DNA of 64,000 nt, taken from assembly GCA_016707895.1 (NCBI GenBank), contig JADJGV010000034.1, positions 821,625 through 885,624 of the forward strand. Direction: 5' to 3'. This DNA is from Myxococcales bacterium. GTDB lineage: Bacteria; Myxococcota_A; Polyangia; Haliangiales; Haliangiaceae. Positions 50,634-59,911 of the stretch are shown in pieces. How positions within the stretch are numbered: the stretch's first letter is position 1; each line of letters opens with the position of its first letter. Position numbers and translations under genes: made by a program. The notes under the pieces are model-generated. The model searched no databases. It saw only the letters and a list, made by a program, of their open reading frames with translations, and was not told where the DNA came from.

Positions 50634-50963
50634 TCAGTCGAAGATGTCCCACCACGACCGCTTGCGACCCGGGTAGCGGCCGCGGTCGTCGTCGTCGTCG
50701 TCGTCGCGGCGGCGCCGGCGGTCGTCGTCGTCGCGCCGGCGGTCGTCGTCGTCGTCGTCGCGGTGGGCCGGGCCGGCCGCGGCGCGCGGCGGGGCGTCGC
50801 GGAGGTCGCGGGGGCCGGCCTCGGCGTCCCGGGCGCGCGCGAGCAGCTTCTCGAGCTCGCCGCGATCGAGCCAGATGCCGCGGCAGCGGTCGCAGCGGTC
50901 GATCGTGACGCCGTCGCGGTCGAGCTCGAGCAGCGGTGCGTCGTGGCAGCGGGGACAGTTCAT
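50634..50963 (-). CDS. zf-TFIIB-type zinc-ribbon protein with a highly charged D/R-rich tail
   Basis: MNCPRCHDAPL...VTIDRCDRCRGIWLDRGELEKL. The tail is poly-D/R. Confidence 0.7.
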   Translation of the reverse strand: MNCPRCHDAPLLELDRDGVTIDRCDRCRGIWLDRGELEKLLARARDAEAGPRDLRDAPPRAAAGPAHRDDDDDDRRRDDDDRRRRRDDDDDDDRGRYPGRKRSWWDIFD

Positions 50964-51199
50964 CGACTTCTCCTGGTGGGCGGGCGCGGCCGCCGGGGCG
51001 GCGCGTCGGGCGTGGGCCGTGGTGGACATGCCCTCAACCTGGGGCGCCCGCGGCCCTTCGTCGAATCGAAAGTTCGCATCGGAGAGTGTGAGAAAAACGA
51101 CACGACGTTCCATCCGCGGACGGCCGCCGCCCGGGCCCGTGATCTCGGAGACTTGCGCGTCGGCTGTCACACCTGGCCGGCGCGCGACTCCACCTGTGC

Positions 51200-52405
51200 A
51201 TGGAGACCTCGGCCCGGCAGTCACGCGATCAGGAGACCGGCGGCGCGGAGCAAGAGGCGGCGTTCGCCAACGGGAACGCCGAGCGGCCAGCGGCGCCGGC
51301 GGCGCTCGAGGCCCGCGCCATCCTGGCCGGCGGCGGCGGCGCCAAGGCGCTGGCCGCGCTGCTCCACCAGCACCCCGATCAGCGCGAGCCGATCGTCGCC
51401 GAGATCCAGCAGCACCCGGCCGGCGGCAACGCGGTCTGCGGCGAGGTGCTCGAGGAGATGGCGGTGCCCAAGGGCCCCGAGCCGCTGCTGCGCGTCGGGT
51501 CCCGCGGCGAGCCGGTGGTGCGCCTGCAGCAGGGCCTCATCAAGCACGGCGCGACGATCAGCGCCGACGGCGCGTTCGGCCCGCAGACCGCCGGCGCGGT
51601 GATGGCGTTCCAGCTCCAGAACGACCTGGTCGCCGACGGGATCGTCGGGCCCAAGACCTGGGGCGCCCTCGACGGCGCGCCGGCCGCCGAGCAGCAGGCC
51701 GAGCCCAAGGCGCCGGCGGCCGAGCCGGTGCAGGACGAGCACCCCGCGCCCACCACGCCGACGCCGACGACGACCCCGGGCACCGGCGCGGGCGGCGCCA
51801 CGACCGCGGGCGACAAGTACCGCGAGCAGTACGTCTCGCAGCTGCTCTACTTCGAGGGCGCGCAGGAGGGCGACGCGAAGTTCGAGTCGATCATGTCGCA
51901 CGAGGGCCTCGAGGCGCAGCGCAAGGCGGCCGACGGCAAGACCTTCAGCACCTGCAACTCGTTCTCGGGGATCATGCAGACGATGGCCGAGCAGAAGTCG
52001 GGCGTGAAGATGAAGGCCAAGATCAACCTGTACGTGATGGACCCCAAGTGGCGCGAGAAGAACCTGCCCGAGGGCGCGTTCCACCCGGGCGGCGGCGGCG
52101 ACCGGCCCAAGCCGGGCGACATCCTGATCTTCTCGCAGCTCGACGGGCGGACCTTCGCGCACATGGGCAACTTCATCGAGGGCCCGATCGCCACCGACGA
52201 CGGGCTCGAGGAGTGGCAGTGCATCGACGGCGGCCAGGGCCAGGCCGGCAAGTACGTCGACGGCGTCTGCGTGCAGCAGGGGCACGAGATGATCGGCCGC
52301 ACCCACATCAAGTACAACCCGGCCAACAACCAGACCGTCCCCAAGTGGGGCAACCCGCGGATGGTCTACGGCTGGGTCGACATCGCGATGCTCGCCGCCG
52401 AGTGA
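51200..52405 (+). CDS. Peptidoglycan-binding (PG_binding_1) domain protein with a C-terminal Cys/His-containing domain (candidate cell-wall hydrolase/effector); no signal peptide
   Basis: PG-binding motif LRVGSRGEPVVRLQQGLIKHGATISADGAFGPQTAGAVMAFQ. It is followed by a PT-rich linker and a domain with TCNSFSG...FAHMGNF...CIDGG. Confidence 0.65.
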   Translation: METSARQSRDQETGGAEQEAAFANGNAERPAAPAALEARAILAGGGGAKALAALLHQHPDQREPIVAEIQQHPAGGNAVCGEVLEEMAVPKGPEPLLRVGSRGEPVVRLQQGLIKHGATISADGAFGPQTAGAVMAFQLQNDLVADGIVGPKTWGALDGAPAAEQQAEPKAPAAEPVQDEHPAPTTPTPTTTPGTGAGGATTAGDKYREQYVSQLLYFEGAQEGDAKFESIMSHEGLEAQRKAADGKTFSTCNSFSGIMQTMAEQKSGVKMKAKINLYVMDPKWREKNLPEGAFHPGGGGDRPKPGDILIFSQLDGRTFAHMGNFIEGPIATDDGLEEWQCIDGGQGQAGKYVDGVCVQQGHEMIGRTHIKYNPANNQTVPKWGNPRMVYGWVDIAMLAAE

Positions 52406-52427
52406 CGGCCGCGACCGGGTTGCCGCC

Positions 52428-52697
52428 TCAGGGCTCGACGGGCTCGAGGTCGCACTGCGCCCGACAGCGCGCGTCGACCTCGTCGTACTCGCCGTCCTCG
52501 GTCATCAGGCAATCCTCGAGGCAGCGCAGCGCCTCCTGGTACACGGGGTCGGGAGGCTCCTCGGGCTTGGGCGTGGCCGAGGCGGCCGGGGCCGAGGCGG
52601 GCGGCGCCGCCGCCGCCGGCGCGGGCGTCGCGGTCGGCGCCGGCGCACCACCGCACGCGATCACCAGCACGAGCGCGAGCGTCGAGGTTCGGATCAT
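52428..52697 (-). CDS. Small lipoprotein with a Cys-rich acidic C-terminus
   Basis: Lipobox LVIACGG. Four Cys lie in the last 35 aa. Confidence 0.55.
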   Translation of the reverse strand: MIRTSTLALVLVIACGGAPAPTATPAPAAAAPPASAPAASATPKPEEPPDPVYQEALRCLEDCLMTEDGEYDEVDARCRAQCDLEPVEP

Positions 52698-52761
52698 CGC
52701 CCCATCGTAGGGGATCTCGGACCGGCGTGGCGGAGATCGCGGTGACGGCGGCGGCCCACCA

Positions 52762-53142
52762 TCAGCCCCGGCTGGCGATCCAGATCAGGTAGTCGCGCAG
52801 TCGCGCCCAGTACAGGCGGCGCACCCGGGGCAGGCGGCGCAAGAGCGGTGGCTGGCAGCGCGGGTTGAGCCACATCGCGGTGGCGCGCCCGGGCACCTCG
52901 GCGAACCGCGCGCGGGCGTCGGCGACCAGGCGATCGATCAGCAGGTCGACGTCGATCACGTCGGCGGCGCGGCGCAGCAGCGCGCCCTCGAGCCGATGGT
53001 CGGCGAGCCCGATGGCGGCGCAGTACGAGCGCACGCCGTCGTCCGAGATCGCCGCCGGGCGCGCGGCGTCGCGCAGCCGTCGCCCGAGCGTCCACAGCGT
53101 CCGATCGACGTCGGCAGGGAGAGACGCAGATTGAGCCAGCAT
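52762..53142 (-). CDS. Hypothetical protein
   Basis: The start is at MLAQSAS. It is divergent from arr. Confidence 0.45.
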   Translation of the reverse strand: MLAQSASLPADVDRTLWTLGRRLRDAARPAAISDDGVRSYCAAIGLADHRLEGALLRRAADVIDVDLLIDRLVADARARFAEVPGRATAMWLNPRCQPPLLRRLPRVRRLYWARLRDYLIWIASRG

Positions 53143-53254
53143 GCCTGAGGTCGTTTCAACCGGCGTGCCAGTCTGCAAGTCGCCGTCGCGACACGCGCGC
53201 GCCGCGCGCCGCCGTTGCCAAACGCAACCGTCGACGTCGACCGCGGACCGTAGG

Positions 53255-53716
53255 ATGCTCGACGCGATGAGCACCACCGCCCCGGCGCCGGTCCCGTTCG
53301 AGGTGTGGACCGACACCGACGGCGCGCCGCGCTACCTCCACGGGACCAAGGCCGCGCTCGCGCCTGGCGAGCTGATCGAGCCCGGTCGCGCCTCGAACTT
53401 CGGCAAGCGATCGGCCGCCGCGTTCGTCTACCTGACCGCGACGCTCGACGCCGCGACCTGGGGCGCCGAGCTGGCGATCGGCGACGGCCCCGGCCGCATC
53501 TACATCGTCGAGCCGACCGGGCCGATCGAGGACGATCCCAACCTCACCGACCAGAAGTTCCCCGGCAACCCCACGCGCTCGTACCGGTCGCGGGCGCCGC
53601 TGCGGGTCGTCGCCGAGCTCCGCGACTGGCGCGGCCACGCCCCCGCACAGCTCGAGGCCATGCGGGCGGGGCTGGCGCGCCTGGCGGCGCAGGGGATCGA
53701 GGCGATCGAGGACTGA
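53255..53716 (+). CDS. arr: NAD(+)--rifampin ADP-ribosyltransferase (Arr)
   Basis: Arr-family signature YLHGTKA.L.PGELIEPG..SNF...........VYLTATLDAATWGAELA.GDG.GRIYIVEPTGPIEDDPNLTDQKFPGNPTRSYRS..PLRVV over ~140 aa. The alternative start is 53267. Confidence 0.85.
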   Translation: MLDAMSTTAPAPVPFEVWTDTDGAPRYLHGTKAALAPGELIEPGRASNFGKRSAAAFVYLTATLDAATWGAELAIGDGPGRIYIVEPTGPIEDDPNLTDQKFPGNPTRSYRSRAPLRVVAELRDWRGHAPAQLEAMRAGLARLAAQGIEAIED

Positions 53717-53875
53717 CGCGCGGGCCGACCGCCGCCCGCCGGGCGACCACGTCGGGCGGCCACCTGGGTAGCCGGGGTGGTGGCGAGTGGCCTGTTCGCC
53801 GACATCGCGGCGCGGGCTAACCCCGCGACGTCACACCTCCGGGGTGATGGCACCGCACGTGCAAAGGGCCGGCCC

Positions 53876-55846
53876 ATGATGAGAATCACTGGGTGGCTCG
53901 CCCTGAGCCTTGGGATGACGTTGGTCGCGGCTTGTGACACGGCGGATGACGATCCGCTGGATGGGATCGACGACACCTTCGTGAGCGACGGCAAGACCGA
54001 CGTCGCTGGCGTCGAGGACAAGTCGCCGGCGGCGTGCGCGCTGCTCCGGGTCGCGCGCGAGGCCAGCTTCGACGAGCTCGACGACGACGTCCGCTTGAAC
54101 GCCAAGGCGGCGCGGGCGATCGTCGCGGCGCGCGAGGACGACTTCCTGCCGACCCTGGCCGCGCTCGACGCGGTTCGGTACATCGGCCCGGCGGCGGTCC
54201 GCCGGCTCGACACGTACGCCAAGGCCCACTCGGCCTACGCGTGTGGCAGCCAGCAGGTCCAGGTCCTCGCCACCAACGACTTCCACGGCAACCTCAAGCC
54301 GCCGTCCGGCTCGAGCGGCCGCATCACGACCGCGGTCGGGACGCCGCCGACCACCGTCGACGCGGGCGGCGCCGAGTACCTGGCCACGCACCTGGCCGCG
54401 CTGCGCGCCACCAACCCGCAGACCGTGACGGTCGCGGCCGGCGACGTCATCGGCGCGACGCCGCTGATCTCGGCGCTGTTCCATGACGAGCCCACGATCG
54501 AGTCGATGAACGCGGCCGGCCTCGACGTGGCTGGCGTCGGCAACCACGAGTTCGACGAGGGGCCCGACGAGCTGCTGCGCATGGCCTACGGGGGCTGCCA
54601 CCCGACCGACGGTTGCCAGGACGGCGACGCCTTCGCCGGCGCGTCGTTTGGCTACCTCGCGGCCAACGTGGTCGTCGATGACAGCGGCGAGACGCTGTTC
54701 CCGCCGTACGAGATCCGCGCCTTCCGCGCCGCGCGGGTCGCCTTCATCGGCCTCACCCTCGAGGGCACGCCGAACATCGTCACCCCTGCCGGCGTGGCCG
54801 GCCTCAGCTTCACGGACGAGATCCAGACCGTCAACGCGCTGGTGCCCGAGCTCAAGCGGCAGGGCGTCGAGACCATCGTCGTGCTCTTGCACGAGGGTGG
54901 CTTCGCGACCGGGCTCTACAACGAGTGCGCCGGCATCTCCGGGCCGGTGTTCGACATCGCCCGCGGGTTCGATCCCGAGGTCGACGTGGTCGTGGCCGGC
55001 CACACCAACGCCGCCCACCTGTGCGACATCGACGGCAAGCTCGTGACCAGCGCGGCGTCGTTCGGCCGACTCATCACCGACATCGACCTGACCATCGACG
55101 AGGTGACCGGCGAGGTGAGCGCCAAGACCGCGCAGAACGTCATCGTCACCCGCACGGTGGCCAAGGACGCCGCCCAGACCGCCCTCATCACCAAGTACGA
55201 CACGCTGGTGGCGCCGCTCGCCAACCGGGTGGTCGGCACGATCACCGGCGACCTCACGCGCCTCGCCAACGCCGCCGGCGAGTCGCTGATGGGCGACGTC
55301 ATCGCCGACGCCCAGCTCGCGGCGACCCGCGCGCCGGCCCAGGGCGCCTCGGTCCTGGCGCTGATGAACCCCGGCGGCGTGCGCGCCGACCTCACGGTCG
55401 CGCAGATCACCGGCGGCGAGCAGCCCGGGCAGATCACCTACGGTGAGGCCTTCACGGTGCAGCCGTTCGGCAACGCGGTCGTCAGCATGTCGATCACCGG
55501 CGCCGAGCTCGACGCGGTCCTCGAGCAGCAGTGGACGCTGGTCGGCGGCGTGCGTCGCGTGGCGATGCTCGCGCCGTCGGCGGGCCTGACCTACACCTGG
55601 ACCGCGGCCAGCGCGGACGGCGACAAGGTCAGCGACATCCGGCTCGCCGGCGTCCCGATCGACCCCGCGGCCCGCTACCGGATCACCGTCAACAGCTTCC
55701 TCGCCGACGGTGGCGACGGGTTCACCGTCCTCAAGCAGGGCATCGACCGGATCGGCGGCGAGGTCGATCTCGACGCCCTCACCGCCTACCTCACCGCCAC
55801 CTCGCCGCTGGCCCCGCCTACGCTCGGCCGCATCACGATGCGCTGA
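53876..55846 (+). CDS. Lipoprotein 5'-nucleotidase/metallophosphoesterase (UshA-like) with an N-terminal ComEA-like HhH domain
   Basis: Lipobox MTLVAACD. The HhH is AREASFDELDDDVRLNAKAARAIVAAR. Metallophosphatase motifs are NDFHG, GNHEFD and GH.H. The C-terminal domain is the 5'-NT type. Confidence 0.85.
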   Translation: MMRITGWLALSLGMTLVAACDTADDDPLDGIDDTFVSDGKTDVAGVEDKSPAACALLRVAREASFDELDDDVRLNAKAARAIVAAREDDFLPTLAALDAVRYIGPAAVRRLDTYAKAHSAYACGSQQVQVLATNDFHGNLKPPSGSSGRITTAVGTPPTTVDAGGAEYLATHLAALRATNPQTVTVAAGDVIGATPLISALFHDEPTIESMNAAGLDVAGVGNHEFDEGPDELLRMAYGGCHPTDGCQDGDAFAGASFGYLAANVVVDDSGETLFPPYEIRAFRAARVAFIGLTLEGTPNIVTPAGVAGLSFTDEIQTVNALVPELKRQGVETIVVLLHEGGFATGLYNECAGISGPVFDIARGFDPEVDVVVAGHTNAAHLCDIDGKLVTSAASFGRLITDIDLTIDEVTGEVSAKTAQNVIVTRTVAKDAAQTALITKYDTLVAPLANRVVGTITGDLTRLANAAGESLMGDVIADAQLAATRAPAQGASVLALMNPGGVRADLTVAQITGGEQPGQITYGEAFTVQPFGNAVVSMSITGAELDAVLEQQWTLVGGVRRVAMLAPSAGLTYTWTAASADGDKVSDIRLAGVPIDPAARYRITVNSFLADGGDGFTVLKQGIDRIGGEVDLDALTAYLTATSPLAPPTLGRITMR

Positions 55847-55855
55847 GTCGCGCGA

Positions 55856-56251
55856 TCAGCGGCCGCGGCCGTCGAACGACCAGCGCCCAGCGCCGCGGGC
55901 GGCGATGAACAGCAGCACGAAGCAGTACAGCGCCGCGAGCTCGCCGTGGTTGACCGCCGGCAGCCACTTCCAGTCGGCGAACTGGCCCTTGTGGTGGAAC
56001 TGGAAGTAGGCCACCGCCATCGTGCCCGAGCCGAGCAGCGCGGCGAGGCGGGTGCCCAGGCCGATCGCGATCAGCGCGCCCGCGACCAGCTCGATCACGC
56101 CGCCGATCCACAGCTGGCTGCCGAACGCCGGCGTGGGCCTGGTGGTCAGCCAGCCGAACACCTTCTGCAGGCCGTGGCAGGTGAACATCGCGCCGGCGAC
56201 GATCCGCAGCGCGGCGTAGGCCGGGTCCTCGAGCTTGGCGAGCATGCGCAT
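55856..56251 (-). CDS. DoxX-family membrane protein
   Basis: Four TM helices. The N-terminus LRIVAGAMFTCHGLQK is typical of DoxX. Confidence 0.75.
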   Translation of the reverse strand: MRMLAKLEDPAYAALRIVAGAMFTCHGLQKVFGWLTTRPTPAFGSQLWIGGVIELVAGALIAIGLGTRLAALLGSGTMAVAYFQFHHKGQFADWKWLPAVNHGELAALYCFVLLFIAARGAGRWSFDGRGR

Positions 56252-56270
56252 CGCGGCAGTGGAGCACGTC

Positions 56271-56524
56271 TCGGCGCGCGCGCATCCGGCGCCGCGCGCT
56301 GTGTAGACTGCGCGTCACGGCCGAGCCCATCGATCGCGTGACGCTGTTCGTGCCTGGCGTCCCACCGGACGCGTCGCTCCAGCTCGGCGATCAGATCGCG
56401 CACGAGTGGGTCGCCAACGACGGCCGCTGCGCCGACGCGTTCCGGTGCGCAGCCGCGGCTACGTCGATCTCGAGCCCGAGCTGGCGTGGGAACAGTGGCA
56501 GCTGGTGCGCGACCGGCCCGGGTG
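56271..56524 (+). pseudogene. Internally deleted, diverged remnant of the hypothetical gene at 58621..59529 (5' ~185 bp including upstream leader joined to last ~70 bp; ATG mutated to ACG)
   Basis: Direct nucleotide similarity: 56271-56455 matches 58572-58757 and 56456-56524 matches 59455-59529. The start codon is lost. Confidence 0.7.
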
Positions 56525-56670
56525 ACCGCGCGCCTCAGGCGCCGCCGTCGCGCGGCGCCACCGACAGCCGACGGGGGGAGGGCTCATTGGAACGGGACCG
56601 AGCGGGGGAGGGCGATCATGGCGTCTCCCGTCACGTGACGCGCGCCCCGCGGCGGTTCACGGAGATCGGC

Positions 56671-58437
56671 TCAGCGCGCGAGCATGCCGTCGATCGCGAT
56701 GCCCACGCCGGCCAGGCTCTCGCCGGCGATCAGCCCGGCCGCGGCCACCACCAGGAACCGCGTGCTCCAGCGCGGGGTCACCCGCTCGCAGGTCGCCGCG
56801 ACCACCGCGCCGAAGCACATCGAGATCGCGTTGTACGCGGGCAGCACGAAGGCGAGGCCCAGCGCCGACGGGCTCGGCACCCACCGGCGGGCGCGCGCCG
56901 GCAGCGTCCGCTCGGCGATCGCCAGCGCGCTCCCGGCGGCGCCCGCGATCAGGATCGCCCAGCCCGCGCCGCCAGGCATCGCGTGGAAGCCCTGCTTGAA
57001 GACCTCGGCCACCGCCTTCCACGTCGCGACGGCCGGCGCCGGCCACTCCTCGGTGAGCAGCATGGTCTGCGGATCGGGGATCAAGATCAGGTAGGCGGCG
57101 CTGCCGATGCACGCGCCGGCCAGCGCGCCCATCACCTGAGCCAGCGCCTGGTAACGCGGCATCGCCCCCAGCAGGTAGCCGGTCTTCAGGTCGTGGAGCA
57201 GATCGGCGCACTGGCTGGCGGCGCCGCCGGTGACGTTGGCGGCCATCAGGTTGGGCGCGACCTGGCCGGGCGCGAGCGCCCCGAACAGGAGCTGGGTCAC
57301 TTTGCCCATCGCGCCGATCGGCGTGACGTTGGTCTCGCCGGCCACGCGGCCCGCGACGATCGCGAGCACGAACGACACCAGCACGCCCAGCACCGCGATC
57401 GGCCAGAAGATGTCGAACAGCGCGACCTGCAGCAGCACCGAGAGCACCAGCGCGACCGCGGCGCCGCGCAGCCACCAGGTCCGGCTGACCTCGCCCGTGT
57501 CCTCCGTCGACCCGCCGCCCTGGGTCCGCCGGAACGCCCCCGCGATCGAGCGCCACGAGAACGCGAACGAGGTCAGCGCCGAGGTCACCATCATCGCGAC
57601 GCCGGGCCACAAGAGCCACTTGTTGAGCGGGATGAACCAGGCCGCGTCTGGCGCGCCCGCGACCGCCCAGCCCTCACCCAGCGCGATCGGCGCGAGCACG
57701 ACGTACGCGACGATCGCGCCGAGCAGCAGCGACAGCCCGGCGCGCAGGCCGATCAGCCCGCCGATGCCCACCATCAGCAGGTTCGGCTCGACCGCGAGCG
57801 TCAGGTTGCCCGCCGAGACGCTGCCGGCCGCGCCGGCGTAGCGGCCCGGCAACGCGACCTTCCCCACCAGCTTCAGGTGCTCGGCGACCTTCACCGCGGC
57901 GGCCAGCGCGCCGGCGCCGACCAGCATCCACACCCGCGCCACCGCCTCCTTGCCCGACGCGTACATCTCCTTCAGCGTCTCGGCCGAGGCGATGCCGCTG
58001 GGGAACGGCAGCCGATCGACCAGCAACATCTGGCGCCGCAGCCCGATCGCGACGACGATCCCGACGCAGCACACCGAGAACGTCCACAGCGCCAGCAGCG
58101 GCCACGACAGCGACGTGCCGTCGAGCAAGGTCAGCGCGGGGATCGGCGCGACCAGGCCGGCCGACGAGATCGCCGCGCCGGCCGACGCCGCGGTCTGGTT
58201 GAGGTTGTTCTCCAGCATCGTGAACGGGGCCATCGGCCGCACCGCGCTCATCGCCCGCCAGAACGCGAACCCGAGCAGGGCCGCGGTGACCGACATGTTG
58301 TTGCTCCAGCCGATCTTCAGGCCGCTGTACAGGTTGCACAGCGACAGCAGCCCGCCGAGGACCATGCCGGTCGCGACCGCGCGCACGGTGAGTTGCCGCA
58401 TCGTCCGGTCGAGCGGCGCGGGCTGGAGGGATGCCAT
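56671..58437 (-). CDS. OPT-family oligopeptide transporter
   Basis: Length is 589 aa with about 15-16 TM helices. OPT-typical blocks (NLYSGLKIGWSNNMSV, GETNVTPIGAMGKVTQL). Confidence 0.8.
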   Translation of the reverse strand: MASLQPAPLDRTMRQLTVRAVATGMVLGGLLSLCNLYSGLKIGWSNNMSVTAALLGFAFWRAMSAVRPMAPFTMLENNLNQTAASAGAAISSAGLVAPIPALTLLDGTSLSWPLLALWTFSVCCVGIVVAIGLRRQMLLVDRLPFPSGIASAETLKEMYASGKEAVARVWMLVGAGALAAAVKVAEHLKLVGKVALPGRYAGAAGSVSAGNLTLAVEPNLLMVGIGGLIGLRAGLSLLLGAIVAYVVLAPIALGEGWAVAGAPDAAWFIPLNKWLLWPGVAMMVTSALTSFAFSWRSIAGAFRRTQGGGSTEDTGEVSRTWWLRGAAVALVLSVLLQVALFDIFWPIAVLGVLVSFVLAIVAGRVAGETNVTPIGAMGKVTQLLFGALAPGQVAPNLMAANVTGGAASQCADLLHDLKTGYLLGAMPRYQALAQVMGALAGACIGSAAYLILIPDPQTMLLTEEWPAPAVATWKAVAEVFKQGFHAMPGGAGWAILIAGAAGSALAIAERTLPARARRWVPSPSALGLAFVLPAYNAISMCFGAVVAATCERVTPRWSTRFLVVAAAGLIAGESLAGVGIAIDGMLAR

Positions 58438-58620
58438 GCTGTCAGGTATCACGTCGCGCGCCGTGGTCGCAGTGGCCAGGCGCGCTCCCCTGGTCTCGTT
58501 GTTGATCGCGACCGCGTGTGCCTCGACGGCGCCCCGGGCGGTAAGCCGGCGGCGTCGGTCGCGGCACGTCGCGGCGCGCGCGCACGCTTCCGCTGCCGCG
58601 CGCTGTGTAGACTGCGCGCC

Positions 58621-59529
58621 ATGGCCGAGCCCATCGACCGCGTGACCCTGTTCGTGCCTGGCGTCCCACCGGACGCGTCGCTCCAGCTCGGCGATCAGGT
58701 CGCGCACGAGTGGGTCGCCAACGATGGCCGCTTCGCCGACGCGTTCCGGTTCGGGACGGTCGAGCCCGACGTGCTGGCGCGGCTCGCCGTGACGCCCGGC
58801 GCGGTCGTCGTCTCCGCCCGCGTCGACCTGCGCGAGGGCCGGGAGGCGTTGATCGCCGCGGTCGAGCGCTTGCGCGACGCCGGCGCGATCGCGGTGCGGC
58901 TCGAGGAGTCGATGCTCGGCTGGGACGTCGCGCGCTGGCTCGAGCTGGTGTCGTCTCCGTCGCCGTGGGACTGGCACCGCGCCGCGGTCGTCGTGCTGTC
59001 TGGCGACGGCGCGCTGCAGTCGTGCGGCATGCACGCGTTCTCGCTGCCCGACGTGCGCATCGAGCTCGATGGCGATCGGGCCGCGCTGCAGGAGCTCGCC
59101 GAGACGCTCAACGTGTACCAGCTGGCCGAGGACCCGGTGCTCCGGTCAGGGCAGACGTTCCGCCCCGACGACGAGGCGCCGCGGCGCGTCGTCGAGCGGT
59201 GGCCCGACGTCGTGTACCCGCCGGGCCACGCTTGCCACAACCCGTACGGCGTCTGGCGGCTCGGCCCACCTGGTGGCGCCGGGCGGGGCGTCGGCGAGCT
59301 GGTGCCGGTCTTCGTCCCGGCGCTCGCCGCCGTCCTCGGCGCGCTCGAGGCGCAGCACGGCCAGCCGCTGACCGAGGCGCAGGTGCTCGAGGCCCGCGAC
59401 CGCGGCGCGTGCATCATGATGGAGCCGCGCGACGCGCAGCGGCTGGAGCGATCGCGTGGCTACGTCGACCTCGAGCCCGAGCTCGCGTGGGAGCAGTGGC
59501 AGCTGCTGCGCGGCGCCGGCGAAGGCTAG
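58621..59529 (+). CDS. Hypothetical protein (302 aa), intact copy of the duplicated gene
   Basis: Clean frame MAEPIDRVTLFVPGVPPDASLQLGDQVAHEW... Its 5' and 3' ends are duplicated at 56271..56524. Confidence 0.6.
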   Translation: MAEPIDRVTLFVPGVPPDASLQLGDQVAHEWVANDGRFADAFRFGTVEPDVLARLAVTPGAVVVSARVDLREGREALIAAVERLRDAGAIAVRLEESMLGWDVARWLELVSSPSPWDWHRAAVVVLSGDGALQSCGMHAFSLPDVRIELDGDRAALQELAETLNVYQLAEDPVLRSGQTFRPDDEAPRRVVERWPDVVYPPGHACHNPYGVWRLGPPGGAGRGVGELVPVFVPALAAVLGALEAQHGQPLTEAQVLEARDRGACIMMEPRDAQRLERSRGYVDLEPELAWEQWQLLRGAGEG

Positions 59530-59769
59530 GGCCACGCCCGGGGGCTACGGGCTCTCCGCCCTGGGCGCGCGCAGGTATGCGGCCTGGAGCGCCGCCGCCA
59601 GCTCGACGTGCTCCGGGTTGGCGGGGGCGGTCGGATCGAAGGGGCCCTGGGTCCTGCCGGCGCCGACGTCCGTGGTGGTGCCGTGGACGAACACCTGGAC
59701 GAAGTCGAGGTTGTCCCGCCGTCGGGCCTCACGCCAGCGTATCGTGCGGGGCCGCGCCGGGCCCGGCGT

Positions 59770-59905
59770 GCGCGCCGCGATCGAACACGCCGCGCGGCGG
59801 ATCAGTTCGGCATGCAACGCGACGCCGAAGCCGGTGGCGCGGTCCTTGGGGACCGCCGGGCCGGCCAGGTCGACGTGGCGCCAGCGGCGGCCGGCGGTCG
59901 CGCCG
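59770..59905 (-). repeat. Diverged (~90% identical) copy of the last ~38 codons plus ~25 bp downstream flank of pepA (62516..62655); the stop codon is mutated
   Basis: Nucleotide alignment to the pepA 3' end. The translation is DEFGATAGRRWRHVDLAGPAVPKDRATGFGVALHAELIRRAA. A third short copy lies at 60527..60560. Confidence 0.75.
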
Positions 59906-59911
59906 AACTCG

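Noticed and set aside
56338-59529. 1063-aa plus-strand ORF joining the gene remnant, the antisense of the OPT transporter and the intact hypothetical gene
   Set aside because: The middle 2 kb is antisense to a 589-aa transporter with ~15 TM helices and translates to R/D/G/Q-rich nonsense. Only the two ends, the repeat copies, are meaningful.
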